From Planctomycetota bacterium (GTDB taxonomy: Bacteria; Planctomycetota; GCA-002687715; DRQF01), in NCBI GenBank assembly GCA_027001995.1, contig JALTLO010000177.1, forward strand, positions 39,814-103,813: a stretch of DNA of 64,000 nucleotides, in the 5' to 3' direction. This document shows positions 38,042-49,800 of the stretch, one piece after another. The notes beneath the pieces were generated by a model that was not told the origin of the DNA, made no database searches, and was given only the letters and a program-made list of their open reading frames with translations. The position numbers were made by a program, and so were the translations under genes. The stretch's first letter is position 1. Each line of letters begins with the position of its first letter.

Positions 38042-40555
38042 CTAAGGCTCCTTAGAAACCTGAACAGCAGGTGTGAAGTGTTTGGTTCCCACTCCCTGGA
38101 TGAACAGTTCTGATGGTATTTTCTGCTGTTTATTGAACTGATAAGTCGTCACTCCCGAGCCCAACTGATTTGTCACCAAGAAGAAAGTGCAGTCTTCTCC
38201 ATCGACATTTTTCAGTCCAGCCTCATCGTTGAGCCACATGCTACCCGTTCGTTCTGGAAACTTCCGTGCTTGGGCATCAAGAGCACCGGATAAATAGAAT
38301 TCATAGCGGGATTCTCGTTCGCCCCCAATCAGGTTCACTTCGAGTTTGCCGTCGGCTCTTATGTGTGCGCGAACAGTTGGCACTGGGAATGACCCCGTGG
38401 CAAACTCTTGAGTCGCTGGCCGCAGGTCTAAGCTCTCTAATGTCAAATTCAAGCCCGGTTCAGTCTCACTCCAAAAAGAAACGGATTCCAAACGTCCCCG
38501 GCTCAAAGGGATGACCCACTCATTGCTGCCAATTCGTTTGGGGAACAGCCGGCGTTTTTGCCCTCCCAGTTCATCGGTTCGCGTGCCCGACCATGAGACC
38601 TCGAAAGAGGAATTCATGTCTTCTTCCCTCATGAGTCCGCGAATAACTAAGTCTCTCGGCGGGGTGGTAAGTATCTTGCGAAAGCGAAAAGTGGCTTGGG
38701 AGTCCTTGTCGACCAACTCCATTGCGATCTTGCCGTCGACAATGGACATTTCTGAACCTTGCGGGAAGACATAGTAAGAGTCAAAAGTCTGTGGCGCAGA
38801 TTCAAGCAAGGGGGTGGCACAGGATCTTGCCAACGTCGTTACGAGAATGGACAAGACGATGATGGATGCGGCAATGAGAAGGAGTAGGGCACGAACCTGC
38901 GGCTGAGTAAGTCTCTTCTTTCCGCCTTGAAACCGCACATGAGCATGGAGGGAAATCGTCGACCAGACCACCAAGAGAGGGTAGGCAAGAAGAAGATCTC
39001 GGCCTCGGTTTGGCAACCAGAACACTTCTTCAAAGCTGATGGTCAATGCTCCCAAGAGAGCGCAAATGAAGAAGAAGGACTCCACTAAGAATAGGGAGTC
39101 GAACCCTCTTTCTCGGCGCCAAGCTATCTGCGTAATGAATGCAATGAGTGCGGCAAAGAAAAGAGCCGGAATGACTACTTGGTACCAGGAGCGAACGCGG
39201 TTTCTGCGGTCGGCGTCTTGGTAGGGATGGACTGCCATGTGGAAGGGATCTTCCAGGAGAACATTCTTATACATGTTGACCTCCCCTGGGTTGGCAGCAA
39301 CTTGCGCCACTGCCTGAGCCGGTTCCACATCTTCGTAGTCGAATCTCCAAAGCTCATGGGTCTTGTACCACAGGCCATGAAGTGCTTTGCCCATGCCCGT
39401 CATGGTCCAGCTTGGAGAATCGTTGCTGAGTGTTGTGTCCAAGGACTTGATACGTTTTTCGTCACATGCTTGGTTGATCTCGCGAGCCAAATCATTGTAG
39501 AAGGCGATGGCAGTCTTGGGGTCCTTGTGTTTTCCCGCCTGGGCAGCCGCTTCGCGAATGGCCTTGGCCAAGAGTGCTGCTGGTCTGCCGATCTTGTCGC
39601 CTTCGCTCTCGGGGCCTGAATAAAGTGGGCTTTCCAGGACCGGTTTCAACTCTGCGAATTTTTGGGAAACTTGATAGAGCGATTTTCTCTGATTGGCACT
39701 CAGGGCACCTAACTCATGATTTTCAACACGGGCTACTCTTTGAATGGCTCCTAAGGCCGCTTGAAAGTGAGGTTCGTCCATTTCCTCGATGAGAGAGACT
39801 CCGTAGTGCTTTTCATTCTTGGCTTTGACCCATCCTTGGGCCCCCTGAACCCCAAGAACAGTAGAAAGGATCACCAACAATCCTTCGACGATCAATTTCT
39901 TTCGATCTTCATTGAGATGACGTCTGATGCGCCAGCGCAAGAAGAACCCAAGCCCCAGGTAGGGCACTAAGCGAAGCCAGTGAGGTGATGTGATCGAAGT
40001 CCATGCGAGAACAAGGGTCAACGCGCCAACATGGATACGGAACCACTTTGTCTCTTTGACCCCGACGAGCATGAGGCAAAGTCCAATGGCAAGGACACTC
40101 TGGAGGCTAAACAGATTGGGAATGGCGAGACGGGTCGCCAGTTGGCCGTAAAATGCTGGGCAAAAGACAACACCAATGAATGCCAGTGTTGCCAGTGGAG
40201 GAGGGATTCCTAAGCGGATAAGGGCAACCAAAATCAAGGTGCTGCCGATTGCCAAAAGAAGAAAATTAAAGATTCTGAGAGAAATGCCCCCTTGGTCGAG
40301 TGCAGCTAAAGTCAGGGAGAAACCAGGTGGCTGTCTGAGTTGACGAAAATCGTAGCCCCCTAACCACCGGCCATCTTGAATGTGAGATGCTTGAGACACG
40401 AAAACATAATCTCTTGACCAATCAGGCATCCACTGGCTCGGCAGGTGGGCGGTTAGCTCCCAGCGAATCGAAAGCACGATAGCTAAGACGAGGCCGAGAA
40501 CGATCCAGCTCCGTCGGTCCATGGTGCATTGAGATTTGTCGTTGTCGTCAGTCAT
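38042..40555 (-). CDS. Large multi-pass membrane protein (GT-C glycosyltransferase-like) with a soluble C-terminal region
   Basis: 837 aa. TM1 is followed by an extracytoplasmic loop (DYVFVSQASHIQDGRWLGGY…PPGFS), then about 12 TMs and a beta-rich C-terminal part. Confidence 0.6.
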   Translation of the reverse strand: MTDDNDKSQCTMDRRSWIVLGLVLAIVLSIRWELTAHLPSQWMPDWSRDYVFVSQASHIQDGRWLGGYDFRQLRQPPGFSLTLAALDQGGISLRIFNFLLLAIGSTLILVALIRLGIPPPLATLAFIGVVFCPAFYGQLATRLAIPNLFSLQSVLAIGLCLMLVGVKETKWFRIHVGALTLVLAWTSITSPHWLRLVPYLGLGFFLRWRIRRHLNEDRKKLIVEGLLVILSTVLGVQGAQGWVKAKNEKHYGVSLIEEMDEPHFQAALGAIQRVARVENHELGALSANQRKSLYQVSQKFAELKPVLESPLYSGPESEGDKIGRPAALLAKAIREAAAQAGKHKDPKTAIAFYNDLAREINQACDEKRIKSLDTTLSNDSPSWTMTGMGKALHGLWYKTHELWRFDYEDVEPAQAVAQVAANPGEVNMYKNVLLEDPFHMAVHPYQDADRRNRVRSWYQVVIPALFFAALIAFITQIAWRRERGFDSLFLVESFFFICALLGALTISFEEVFWLPNRGRDLLLAYPLLVVWSTISLHAHVRFQGGKKRLTQPQVRALLLLIAASIIVLSILVTTLARSCATPLLESAPQTFDSYYVFPQGSEMSIVDGKIAMELVDKDSQATFRFRKILTTPPRDLVIRGLMREEDMNSSFEVSWSGTRTDELGGQKRRLFPKRIGSNEWVIPLSRGRLESVSFWSETEPGLNLTLESLDLRPATQEFATGSFPVPTVRAHIRADGKLEVNLIGGERESRYEFYLSGALDAQARKFPERTGSMWLNDEAGLKNVDGEDCTFFLVTNQLGSGVTTYQFNKQQKIPSELFIQGVGTKHFTPAVQVSKEP

Positions 40556-40662
40556 GGTGTGCTGAGTCTAACTGGCGGCCATGTTTGTTCCTATGTCTTA
40601 TGGCGAAAACTCAGTTCCCGATTGAATCTGGGCCAAAACCCCACTTTCGGCTAACATGAGGC

Positions 40663-41256
40663 ATGACCAATCGACGTCGCACTTACCGCCGCAACAAGCC
40701 GTCGAGGCTGGATCCTCGATTGTTTTTTCTGTGGGTGATCCCAGGGAGTTCGGTCTTGTTTCTCCTGATGTTCTTTGCCTCTCAGGATTGGAGCCAACCC
40801 GTGAGGAGCCATGATGCCTCGGAACCACAAGTTTTGACACCTTCTCTCGATGGCGAGGACAGCAAGAATGACAAGGCTTTTGCAGTGGCCCATGGTGCTT
40901 TGCTGAGCATCGAAGACCTCATAAAAGATTTAGACCGCCAGGCTCGCCGCTTCGAGGGGGATCGAGTTCGTGGTGTTTTTGCCACTAAGCCCCAGAACCT
41001 TCTCAGTTCATGGGATCGTTGGACGGAGACATTCCATGAACGGATCCGGGAGTTTGGAGAGGAATTTGATATTCAAGTCGATGACCTTGAGCGAGATGCG
41101 CCAACACCGGTCCATCATGTTTACCGTTTGGTCATGCGCGTTCCCTTCGAAATCCGAAGGAACTGGGAAGACGGTAGGGGAATTGAGGGGATACCTGTTC
41201 GGGCTGGAGTTGATGAATTGTTGAAACAAGCCCATGACTGGATAGAGAAACGCTAA
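40663..41256 (+). CDS. Hypothetical single-TM protein
   Basis: 197 aa with an N-terminal TM helix. Ends 2 nt before hrpB. Confidence 0.7.
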   Translation: MTNRRRTYRRNKPSRLDPRLFFLWVIPGSSVLFLLMFFASQDWSQPVRSHDASEPQVLTPSLDGEDSKNDKAFAVAHGALLSIEDLIKDLDRQARRFEGDRVRGVFATKPQNLLSSWDRWTETFHERIREFGEEFDIQVDDLERDAPTPVHHVYRLVMRVPFEIRRNWEDGRGIEGIPVRAGVDELLKQAHDWIEKR

Positions 41257-41258
41257 TC

Positions 41259-43751
41259 GTGCAGCTCCCTGTTGACCTCATCGTTCCAGATATTCTCAAA
41301 TCGTTGGCATCACGACCTTGTGTTGTTGTCACCGCACCTCCAGGCTCAGGGAAAACAACGCGCATTCCTCCAGCGTTGGTAGGGGCTTTTGGTGTTGGCC
41401 GTGTTTTGGTTTCTCAGCCTCGTCGAATTGCGGCTCGGTCCGCTGCTGCACGTATGGCGGAAGAGCAAGGAAGCTCCCTAGGAAAGAGCATCGGATTTCA
41501 AACACGTTTTGAGTCGAAAGTTTGTCCTGAAAGCCAGCTTATCGTATTGACTGAGGGACTTCTGCTGCGAAAAATCCAGTCGGATCCTTTCCTTGGCGGA
41601 GTCAGTTGTGTGGTTCTGGATGAGTTCCACGAACGCAGCTTGGACTTAGATCTGACCTTGGCCTTTCTCAAGGAAGTCATTTCCGAAGCCAGGCCAGACT
41701 TGAAGTTGATCATCATGTCCGCGACCTTGGAGGTGGAGCCTCTCCTTAATTATTTAGAAGATGCGGTGACTTTGTCTGCTGAAGCCCGTCTTTTCCCTAT
41801 TGAAGTGACCCATGACCGGCATCGAGACGAGGGTCGCTTAGAACAGAGAGTCAGTGGGGCCATTACAGATGCTCTTAATTTGCATGAGGGGAATCTCTTG
41901 GCATTCCTTCCAGGAATTGCAGCCATTCGGAAGACCAAGGAACGATTGAAAGCTCTCCAAGTCGATCAGATTGCTGACATTCTCGAACTTCATGGTGATC
42001 TGGATGCCAAACTCCAGGATGCGGCAATTTCGAAATCCGGCCGCCGCAAGGTCATCTTGTCCACCAACGTTGCTGAGACATCCCTGACCGTTCCCGGAGT
42101 CCGCATTGTGGTTGACTCAGGGCTCGTAAAGAAGCTGCGTCATGACAGCAATCTAGGATTGGATCGGCTCGAGGAAGAGAGAATCAGTTTGGCTTCAGCC
42201 CGTCAGCGGAGTGGGCGGGCTGGTCGGGAAGGCCCAGGATTCGTGAAGCGTTTGTGGACTCAAGTTGATGAGCGGCAAATGCCAGAGCAGGACGAGGCAG
42301 AAGTCTACAGGTTGGAATTGGCGAATGCGATTTTGCAAATTCTCTCCTGGGGGGCACCTTCCGTCGACGACTTCGACTGGTTTGCTTGCCCGCCGAAGAA
42401 GAGTCTCCAGGAGGGTGTTGGTCTCTTAGACCGTTTGGGTGCCATTGAGACCGATCTCGAAACTGGAAAACTATCATTGACCAAGTTGGGACAGGGGCTC
42501 TGCTCTTTGCCCATTCATCCTCGTCTGGGTGTGCTCTTGCATGAGGCCGATGCTCGAGGGGTCGGAGACCTTGGGGCATTGGCTTGTGCACTACTAAGTG
42601 AACGCGATCTCTTGAGTATGGATCAGCGTCGCGGTTTGGGACAGAAGCTTGCGGCGCCTTCTGATCTGCAATTGCGAATCGACCTTGTTGAAAGTGATGA
42701 TCGACAGATCCACCGAGGCGGGCGTGCGCGGGTGCGAAAGGTAGCCAAGCAACTGAGGCGCTTCCTTGGAACTCACTCCGGCCCAAAGCCTACTCATGCC
42801 GCTGAAGCGTTGTCTAAGGCCGTTCTTGCTGCCTTTCCCGATCGTCTAGCGAAAAGGCGAGATAAGGATAGAACTCGCGGGCTTATGGTGGGGGGCAGAG
42901 GTGTTCAGATATTAGAAGAAAGCGTGGTCAAAGATGGAGATCTCTTTTGTGCCTTACGCTTGTCCGCTGGCAGAAGGGGTAAGGGTTCTGATTCCCCAGT
43001 GACTTGGCTCCAATGGATTGATGAATCTTGGTTGGAGGAAGATTTTTCTCATGGGCTTCGGACCAAGGATGAAGGGGCCTTTGATGAAGCTAAGGGGAGG
43101 GTCATTTTTGTCCGACGCAAACGATTCTTTGATCTCATCCTCGACGAGCGCCAGGTCAATGTGACAGATGGGGCGGCAGCAGGTGAGATTTTGGCCCAAG
43201 CAGTTCGCCAGCACGACCAGACCATTCTTGCGAGAATCGTTGACCGTAAGACAGATTCTTTGCTGCAGAGGCTGGCGTTCCTGAGGGAACATAGTCCGGA
43301 GTTTCCCTGGCCGAAATTCGAGGGAGCAGACTTGATAGAACTCATTGTGAGCTTGTGTCCCGGGAGGTCGCGGTTTTCTGAACTTGAACCCCAAGACCTG
43401 CGTCGCATGATTGAAGCCTCCATTGGCTTTCAACTCATGACCCGACTCAAACAGGAAGCACCGGTGGAATTTCAGCTTGAGAATGGTCGGAAGCTCAAAG
43501 TCGCTTACACCCCCGGTGCCCCTCCTACAATCTCTTCTAAGGTGCAGCATTTTTTCGGTCAGTGGGAAACCCCTTCGTTTGTGGGGGGGCGGGTCAAGGC
43601 GCGTGTCGAGTTGTTGGCCCCTAATAGGCGACCGGTTCAGATCACCTCTGATCTGGCGAACTTTTGGCGAACCACTTATGCTCAAGTCCGAAAGGACCTG
43701 CGGGGGCGCTACCCAAAACATGACTGGCCAGAAAATCCACCGGGGTCATGA
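41259..43751 (+). CDS. hrpB: ATP-dependent DEAH helicase HrpB
   Basis: APPGSGKTT, DEFHER, MSAT, STNVAETSLT, QRSGRAGR, and the HrpB C-terminus ELLAPNRRPVQITSDL…RGRYPKHDWPENP. Confidence 0.96.
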   Translation: MQLPVDLIVPDILKSLASRPCVVVTAPPGSGKTTRIPPALVGAFGVGRVLVSQPRRIAARSAAARMAEEQGSSLGKSIGFQTRFESKVCPESQLIVLTEGLLLRKIQSDPFLGGVSCVVLDEFHERSLDLDLTLAFLKEVISEARPDLKLIIMSATLEVEPLLNYLEDAVTLSAEARLFPIEVTHDRHRDEGRLEQRVSGAITDALNLHEGNLLAFLPGIAAIRKTKERLKALQVDQIADILELHGDLDAKLQDAAISKSGRRKVILSTNVAETSLTVPGVRIVVDSGLVKKLRHDSNLGLDRLEEERISLASARQRSGRAGREGPGFVKRLWTQVDERQMPEQDEAEVYRLELANAILQILSWGAPSVDDFDWFACPPKKSLQEGVGLLDRLGAIETDLETGKLSLTKLGQGLCSLPIHPRLGVLLHEADARGVGDLGALACALLSERDLLSMDQRRGLGQKLAAPSDLQLRIDLVESDDRQIHRGGRARVRKVAKQLRRFLGTHSGPKPTHAAEALSKAVLAAFPDRLAKRRDKDRTRGLMVGGRGVQILEESVVKDGDLFCALRLSAGRRGKGSDSPVTWLQWIDESWLEEDFSHGLRTKDEGAFDEAKGRVIFVRRKRFFDLILDERQVNVTDGAAAGEILAQAVRQHDQTILARIVDRKTDSLLQRLAFLREHSPEFPWPKFEGADLIELIVSLCPGRSRFSELEPQDLRRMIEASIGFQLMTRLKQEAPVEFQLENGRKLKVAYTPGAPPTISSKVQHFFGQWETPSFVGGRVKARVELLAPNRRPVQITSDLANFWRTTYAQVRKDLRGRYPKHDWPENPPGS

Positions 43752-43902
43752 GGTCGGTTGTGAGCATCCCCATGACCGTTGCCTCAAGGAAGGCACAAGG
43801 GCCGCAATCTCGTGAATAGGGCGGTCTGTCAGCGAATATGTCCCACGGCCTGACGTTGCCCTTCGGCTGTGCTATCCTCTGGCGAATCGTACGAGGAGTC
43901 AA

Positions 43903-44271
43903 TTGGTGAAGTTGGTGTTGATCTTGATTGGACTGAACGCCTTGGGAGCTTGTGTTGGACCATTGCCGGCGCCTACCCCCCCAGGACAACTTTCGGAAAC
44001 GGCTGGCGGTGTCATTTACGTGGACATCCCTCGACCTTTGCATGAGGTCAGGGAATTCTTTGAATCCCGCGAAAGTGAGACTGCTGCAAGTGGTACCGAA
44101 GGCGTTTTTCTTTTGTTCGCTGATGACCATGTGATTCAAATCGAAGTGACTTTGATTTCAGATAAATTGACCCAACTCCGCATTGAAGATCAAAGGGATG
44201 ACAATGAATTGGTGGGGCCTAACGGCCTTCGTCGTTGGAGTCGCGCCTTGGTCAAGGATCTTTTGCCATGA
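43903..44271 (+). CDS. Putative lipoprotein
   Basis: GAGGAG RBS, lipobox LGA|C, ATGA overlap with the next gene. Confidence 0.65.
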   Translation: MVKLVLILIGLNALGACVGPLPAPTPPGQLSETAGGVIYVDIPRPLHEVREFFESRESETAASGTEGVFLLFADDHVIQIEVTLISDKLTQLRIEDQRDDNELVGPNGLRRWSRALVKDLLP

Positions 44272-46703
44272 ATGATGCCAAGGTAATCCATGAGAAAGGT
44301 CTAATGATTCCCCTCATGGGTCTATCTATAGCGGCTCTGGCAGCTCAGATCTTGATGGTGCGAATTTTCTCATTCACGATGAATCATGGTTTCGTCTACA
44401 TGGCGGTTAGCCTCGCTATGCTGGGGTTCGGAATCTCTGGGACGTTATTGTCTTTAGTGCCGCAATTGAAACAGTCGTCGCCTCGGTCATGTTTGCAGTT
44501 TTGTTGCCTTGGATTCTCCCTATCACTTGTGGCGTCCATGTATGTTTTTGGTCGATTTGCGTCCTTGGCGAGCCCCGCATCGGGTTTGAGCTTGATGTCG
44601 CCTTTGGCGGCTCGTCTCCTCTTACTTTCCTTGCCCTATGTGTTTGCCGGCCTTGGGATTGCTGTGGCTCTCTTGGCGCGCAAGGAAGGTGTGGGGCTTC
44701 GTTATTCTGTGAATCTGGCCGGATCTGGCCTGGGTTGTTTGCTCGCCTATCCTCTGCTGACGACATGGGGGGCTGAAGCAGGACTCTTGGTCTTGGGGGC
44801 TTTAGTTTGTTTCTCTGGCGTTTTTTTGGGCCGGCTCTTTTGGCGACTCATTCTGCTGGCCGGGGCTATTTCCTTCTTGGCATTCATTCCTCATGCTGTT
44901 GATCTCTTTGCTTTCTCCCCTGACAATGCTGATCAGTTGGCAGATTTGATTCGTCAACTTGAGAAGGACGGTCATGATCCCGACGATGTGAAGCTTGAAT
45001 TTGAAGCCTGGGATCCTGTTGGACGTATCGAAGTCCATTCCTTGCCAGGGGACTATGGTCGCATGTTGCATAAGGCGCCCGTCCGCTTTTACTCTCAGGA
45101 CGCCGGGGCTGGGAGCGTTCTTCTGTCTTTGGGGGACTATCCCGATCTCAAAGAAAGTCTGACAAAGGGAACCCTCTATGGATTCGCTTCTCGCCTAAGA
45201 CCTCATGCTGAATCCCTGGTCATTGGCATTGGCGGTGGTCCAGACCTGATTGCCATGTTGGCGGCAGATACGAAGAAAGTAACGGCGGTTGAAATCAATG
45301 GGGCTACGGTCTCCATGATTGGCAAGGATCAAGCTGCGTTCTTAGGGCTCGAAAATGATCTTAAGTCAGGTCGTTTGGCGTTGTTTCACGCAGATGGTCG
45401 CGGATTTGTTCGACGCCATGGGGAGGCCTTTGATGTCATCCAAATGACAGGGGCCGACACCTACGCTGCTAATCCTGCGGGTGCTTCTATACTTTCGGAG
45501 GGTTACCTCTATACAATAGAGGCCTTTCGCGATTACTTCCATGCACTCAAACCAGGGGGCATCACGGCTGTGACCCGCTTCGGCATCGAAAGTGCGCGGG
45601 TATTCAATACGGCGTTTCAGGCTCTCAATGATGTGGGCGTGGCGAACCCCAGAGATCACCTTGCGGTGGTGGCTCAAGGCAATGGAGAGATATGGAGTAC
45701 GGTTCTGATGAGTAAAGAGCCGTTTTCTGATGCCGACATCGCCAAGCTTTATGCTCTTTGCAAGGAGGGCGCTCCCTTTGCCGAGAAGTGTTGGATTCCG
45801 GCCTACAACGCTGTTGGATTCCGCTTTGATGCACCCCTTCATGTGACTTTCGAACCCCGTCTCCCCGTTGATCTTGAATCCATGGGAGAGAAACTTGAGG
45901 GTGATAAGTGGCGTTTGGATCCAGTCAATGACGATCGCCCTTTTTTCTTTCAATTCTTGCAGCGGGACGGCATTGGCTGGCAAGAGGTCTTTGACAACCA
46001 GGGTTTCAACAAGCATCATTGGGATTTGCCAGATTACTTGCGCATTGCTCTGCAAGTCTGCGGCGTGGCGCTTTTGTTGATCCTTCTGCCTTTGTTGCGC
46101 CTGGGGCGAGGGGGGGCGTCAAAGGGAGACATGGTCTGCGTTGGCCTTGGATTTGTGGCTCTGGGGGCCGGCTTCATGTTCTTGGAAGTTGTTCTCATGC
46201 AGAGGTGTACCTTGTTTCTTGGCCACCCCAATCATGCCATCGTTGTTGTTCTTTTTTCTCTTTTGCTTTCAAGCGGTTTGGGTAGCGCTTTGAGCAGCCA
46301 GCTACCGTTTTCTAAGAAACTTATTGTCTGGGTGTCGATTGTCGGTGTCTTGGTTTGGACTTGGTATTTCAAGAACAATGCTCAAGATTGGTTCGAGGAG
46401 CGCTTAGAGCTCTCTCTTTGGGCTCGTTCCTTCCAGTTGATGGGTTGGATCCTGCCTCTGGGCCTTCTGATTGGCATGCCCTTTCCAACTTTTCTGAGCG
46501 CTGTCGAAGAACAAAGGCCTCAATTGTCGGGGTGGGCATGGGGAGCCAACAGTTTCGCTTCTGTATGTGCATCCCTTATTGCCATTCCGGTTTCTATGCA
46601 GTTGGGTTTCAGTTTCTCGTTTAACTTAGCCCTGCTTTGCTATGCCTTGGCTCTCCTGGCCATTTTGGCTTTCATGAGGCCAAGGGCCCCTCAATCTCGT
46701 TGA
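44268..46703 (+). CDS. Membrane protein with a spermidine-synthase-like SAM-binding domain flanked by TM domains
   Basis: YSVNLAGSGLG, LVIGIGGGPD, VEIN, DGRGFV, EGYLYTIEAF, NDDRPFFF, AWGANSFASV. ATG 44268 lies in the ATGA overlap. Confidence 0.85.
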   Translation: MNDAKVIHEKGLMIPLMGLSIAALAAQILMVRIFSFTMNHGFVYMAVSLAMLGFGISGTLLSLVPQLKQSSPRSCLQFCCLGFSLSLVASMYVFGRFASLASPASGLSLMSPLAARLLLLSLPYVFAGLGIAVALLARKEGVGLRYSVNLAGSGLGCLLAYPLLTTWGAEAGLLVLGALVCFSGVFLGRLFWRLILLAGAISFLAFIPHAVDLFAFSPDNADQLADLIRQLEKDGHDPDDVKLEFEAWDPVGRIEVHSLPGDYGRMLHKAPVRFYSQDAGAGSVLLSLGDYPDLKESLTKGTLYGFASRLRPHAESLVIGIGGGPDLIAMLAADTKKVTAVEINGATVSMIGKDQAAFLGLENDLKSGRLALFHADGRGFVRRHGEAFDVIQMTGADTYAANPAGASILSEGYLYTIEAFRDYFHALKPGGITAVTRFGIESARVFNTAFQALNDVGVANPRDHLAVVAQGNGEIWSTVLMSKEPFSDADIAKLYALCKEGAPFAEKCWIPAYNAVGFRFDAPLHVTFEPRLPVDLESMGEKLEGDKWRLDPVNDDRPFFFQFLQRDGIGWQEVFDNQGFNKHHWDLPDYLRIALQVCGVALLLILLPLLRLGRGGASKGDMVCVGLGFVALGAGFMFLEVVLMQRCTLFLGHPNHAIVVVLFSLLLSSGLGSALSSQLPFSKKLIVWVSIVGVLVWTWYFKNNAQDWFEERLELSLWARSFQLMGWILPLGLLIGMPFPTFLSAVEEQRPQLSGWAWGANSFASVCASLIAIPVSMQLGFSFSFNLALLCYALALLAILAFMRPRAPQSR

Positions 46704-46839
46704 TTCTCTCAAACCTCGTTTCTTCTGCAATCTCGAAGGCTTCTGCACCTCTTCAATTGGCTCGACGTCCCCGTTGACTTATGATGGCACCACTCATGCG
46801 ACTTCCACTTTGGGTAAGTCATCGTATTTGGAGCTCCTT

Positions 46840-49800
46840 GTGACAATCCGCAACATTCTCTTTCTTATCATAGTTCTTGGGATCCAGGGATCGCTCTGGG
46901 CCCAGGTCGACGGTGCCACACTTAAGTCTCAGGACGTCTGGTCGGTGCCGAAGAATGTCCAAGAAGTCGGAGACATGCTCAAGGAGGTTGATAAAGAGAT
47001 CGCTTCTTTAGCCCAAGATGAAAAAAAGAAGGAACGACTGGAAACTCTGACGAAGCAGAAGGGAGTTTTGGAAGCTCTTGCCAAAGTGATGACTGAGACG
47101 GCTGGCTTAGAAGCAGCGAGCAACAATCTCAAGGACCGCGCTAAGAAGAAGAGCGAAGAGTTGGCGGAGGAGAAGGGGCGAAAGAAACGAGATGGCCTGA
47201 TGACGGCAAATCTCACCATCAAAGACCTCAACGAAGCCAAGAAGAAAGTTGACGATCTCAATGCCGACATTGGTCGGGCCCATAGTTTGGTGGAAGCAGC
47301 GGAAAAAAAAGTCGACCAGTTGACGAAACGGCTGGAAAGCAGCTTGCGTGATATTCAGAAAATTCCCTTGGAAACCGCTTCTCAAGCACGGAGTGCCTTT
47401 GAAGAAGCGAAAGCTGAAGATCCTGTTGCTAAGAACTTACTCCTGTCGAAACTCCATTTGGCTCAACTTCAGCTTGAGTTGGTCACGAGGAACCGCGATA
47501 GAGATGAGAAACTCAAAGACTTAGGGTCTCTGGCTGATGAGGTGCGTATTGCCAAACTCGATGAGTCGATCCTCAAGAGGAAGCTCGAGATTGCGGCTGC
47601 AGAGCAGGAAGATATCAGAAACCGAGTTTCCGAGTTGGCAGAAGAAGCCCGAGAGCGGGGTCGATTTGATATTGAGGCCCTTGAGAAAGAAGTTGCTGCC
47701 CTTCAGGAGTCTGAAGACTACAAACGACCCTGGTTAGAATTGCGTCTTGAACGAGCTAAACTGAGAGACGCAACAAATCGTTTTCAAAAGGAATGCGGCG
47801 ATTTCTCTGAAGCCATAGATGGCCGGGGGGCTTTTGTGGCCATGGAGCCCGTGGTCACCACCTTGGCTGATCGTATTCAAGCGTTTATTGAGAATCCAGC
47901 TGAGGATGTTCTACCTCGAACCGCCGATGGTCTTCGGGCAAGCCGAGATGAAGCAAAGCAGCGTTCTCGGGCTATGTTGACCAACCTTCACGATATTCGA
48001 GAAAGGCTTCCCCTGGTTTCTGACATTCTCGGTAACGCCACCCGGGAACAAAAATCTCTGGATGAGCGCATTGCGGATGCACGGGCCACCTACGAAGCTG
48101 GCCGCAAGAAATCGCCGATTCAATATCTTGAGGTCGTTCCTGATTGGGTTTCTCTGGAAAATGACTTGGTGGCGGCTCACAACGAGTATCGCACGCTGAT
48201 TGACGGCTTTCTGAGCAAATTGAAACAGGACCTGAGGAAATGGGAAGACCTGCAAGATCGTAGTGACGCGAACGTCCAGTTCTTGACCCGGGAATTGCTA
48301 TGGACACGGGAAGAAAGCAACGTTTCCATTGAAAGCATGGAACGAGCTCTCAGAGATTTGTCTCAAGCCGCCGGCAATTTGGGAGGGCTCATCTCAGAAG
48401 CCTCCCATGGCGCGGTTTCATTTCTGTTCGAAGAGAAAAATCGCCTGCGAACAGGGATCGCCTTCCTGTTCATTCTCGTCGTCGGATTTGCCTTTGTCCG
48501 CCTTCATCTTCGTTTGCCGAAGACTTGGGGTTGGTTGGATGCTCAAGCCCACGAAGGAAAGAACTATTACCTCATCTTGGGGATCATTCTCCGCCGCACT
48601 CATGTCAGTCTGATGTTGGCCGTTGTTTTCGTTGGAGCCCCTCTCATTGTCGGATTCGATCGGGGCTTGGTCGAATTGGCAGCTTGTGTGTTTGCGGTTC
48701 CTTTCCTCTATCGCCTTGGCCGCGTGACGCTTGATGTTTTTGTTCTTCCAGGAAAGGACGAGGAGAGAGTTTTTAATCTCGATGAGGATTTAGCGCGAAC
48801 GCTGCACCGGGCAGGGCGATGGTTGCTCAACTTGGCTGTTGTTTTTGTGCCTGCGGCAGTCTTGCTGGAGTTTGTCGGCTACGGAAAAACGAATCCTGGG
48901 TTTTTGGAGCTATGGTGGCTGACCTACGAATCTCTCAGTCATGCGATTCTCCTATTCTCGGTTTTTCGTCCCGCTGTGGTCAGCAATATCATTCGCGGGG
49001 GTGGTGTGGTTGCCATTTCGGTAAAGACCTGGATTCTTATTCTTTATCCTCTTGTTGTTGGTGCCGTCCTCTTCCTCTTTGTCTTGGGCAGTTTGAGGTA
49101 TTTGGAGGCTGAGCAGTTCTTCCAAACTCTTTTGCTCAAGAGCCTGGGGGTCCTCTTCTTCAGTTATTTGGGATATCGTTTACTTCTGGCGAAGGTGACA
49201 AAAGGCCAGGATCTATCCAGAGAACCAAACCCAGAGGATTTTGAAAATGACAAGGATTTCGTCACAGTCGGACGAGAACTGTTTTTTGGACGTTTGACGC
49301 GGACCTTTATACGCCTCGCATTCGCTGTACCTGCGATCTTTTTGATCGTGCGGTTCTGGGACGAATTCGACATGCCGTTTCTGGAATGGGGGATTTTTGG
49401 GGAAGGAACGGTGACGACGAAGGACTTCTTGAAGGCGTTCATCGCCTTCATCATCACCACAGCCATTGTGCGTACTATTCGACAGTCCCTTGCCTATGTG
49501 ATCTTGCCCAAAACAGATTTGGACAAAGGTCTGCGCTATACCGTGAGTATGCTGGCAACCTACGCTCTTTGGACCCTGGGCATGGTTGTGATCTTGAACA
49601 TCATCAAAATCCGTGGTGAGCATATCGCCGTCTTTACCGGAGCTTTGGCGTTCGGAATCGGATTTGGTCTCCAATCCATCGTCAAGAACTTTGTTTCTGG
49701 TTTGATCCTATTGATCGAGAGACCAGTCAAAGTTGGAGACAAAATTGACGTAGGCAACAAAGGTGGGTCGGTGGAGAAAATCACGTTGCGTGCCACCACA

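Noticed and set aside
42954..43721. 255 aa antisense ORF in hrpB (similarly 22663-23466, 45366-46055 and 59724-60506)
   Set aside because: Shadow ORFs opposite strongly supported genes.
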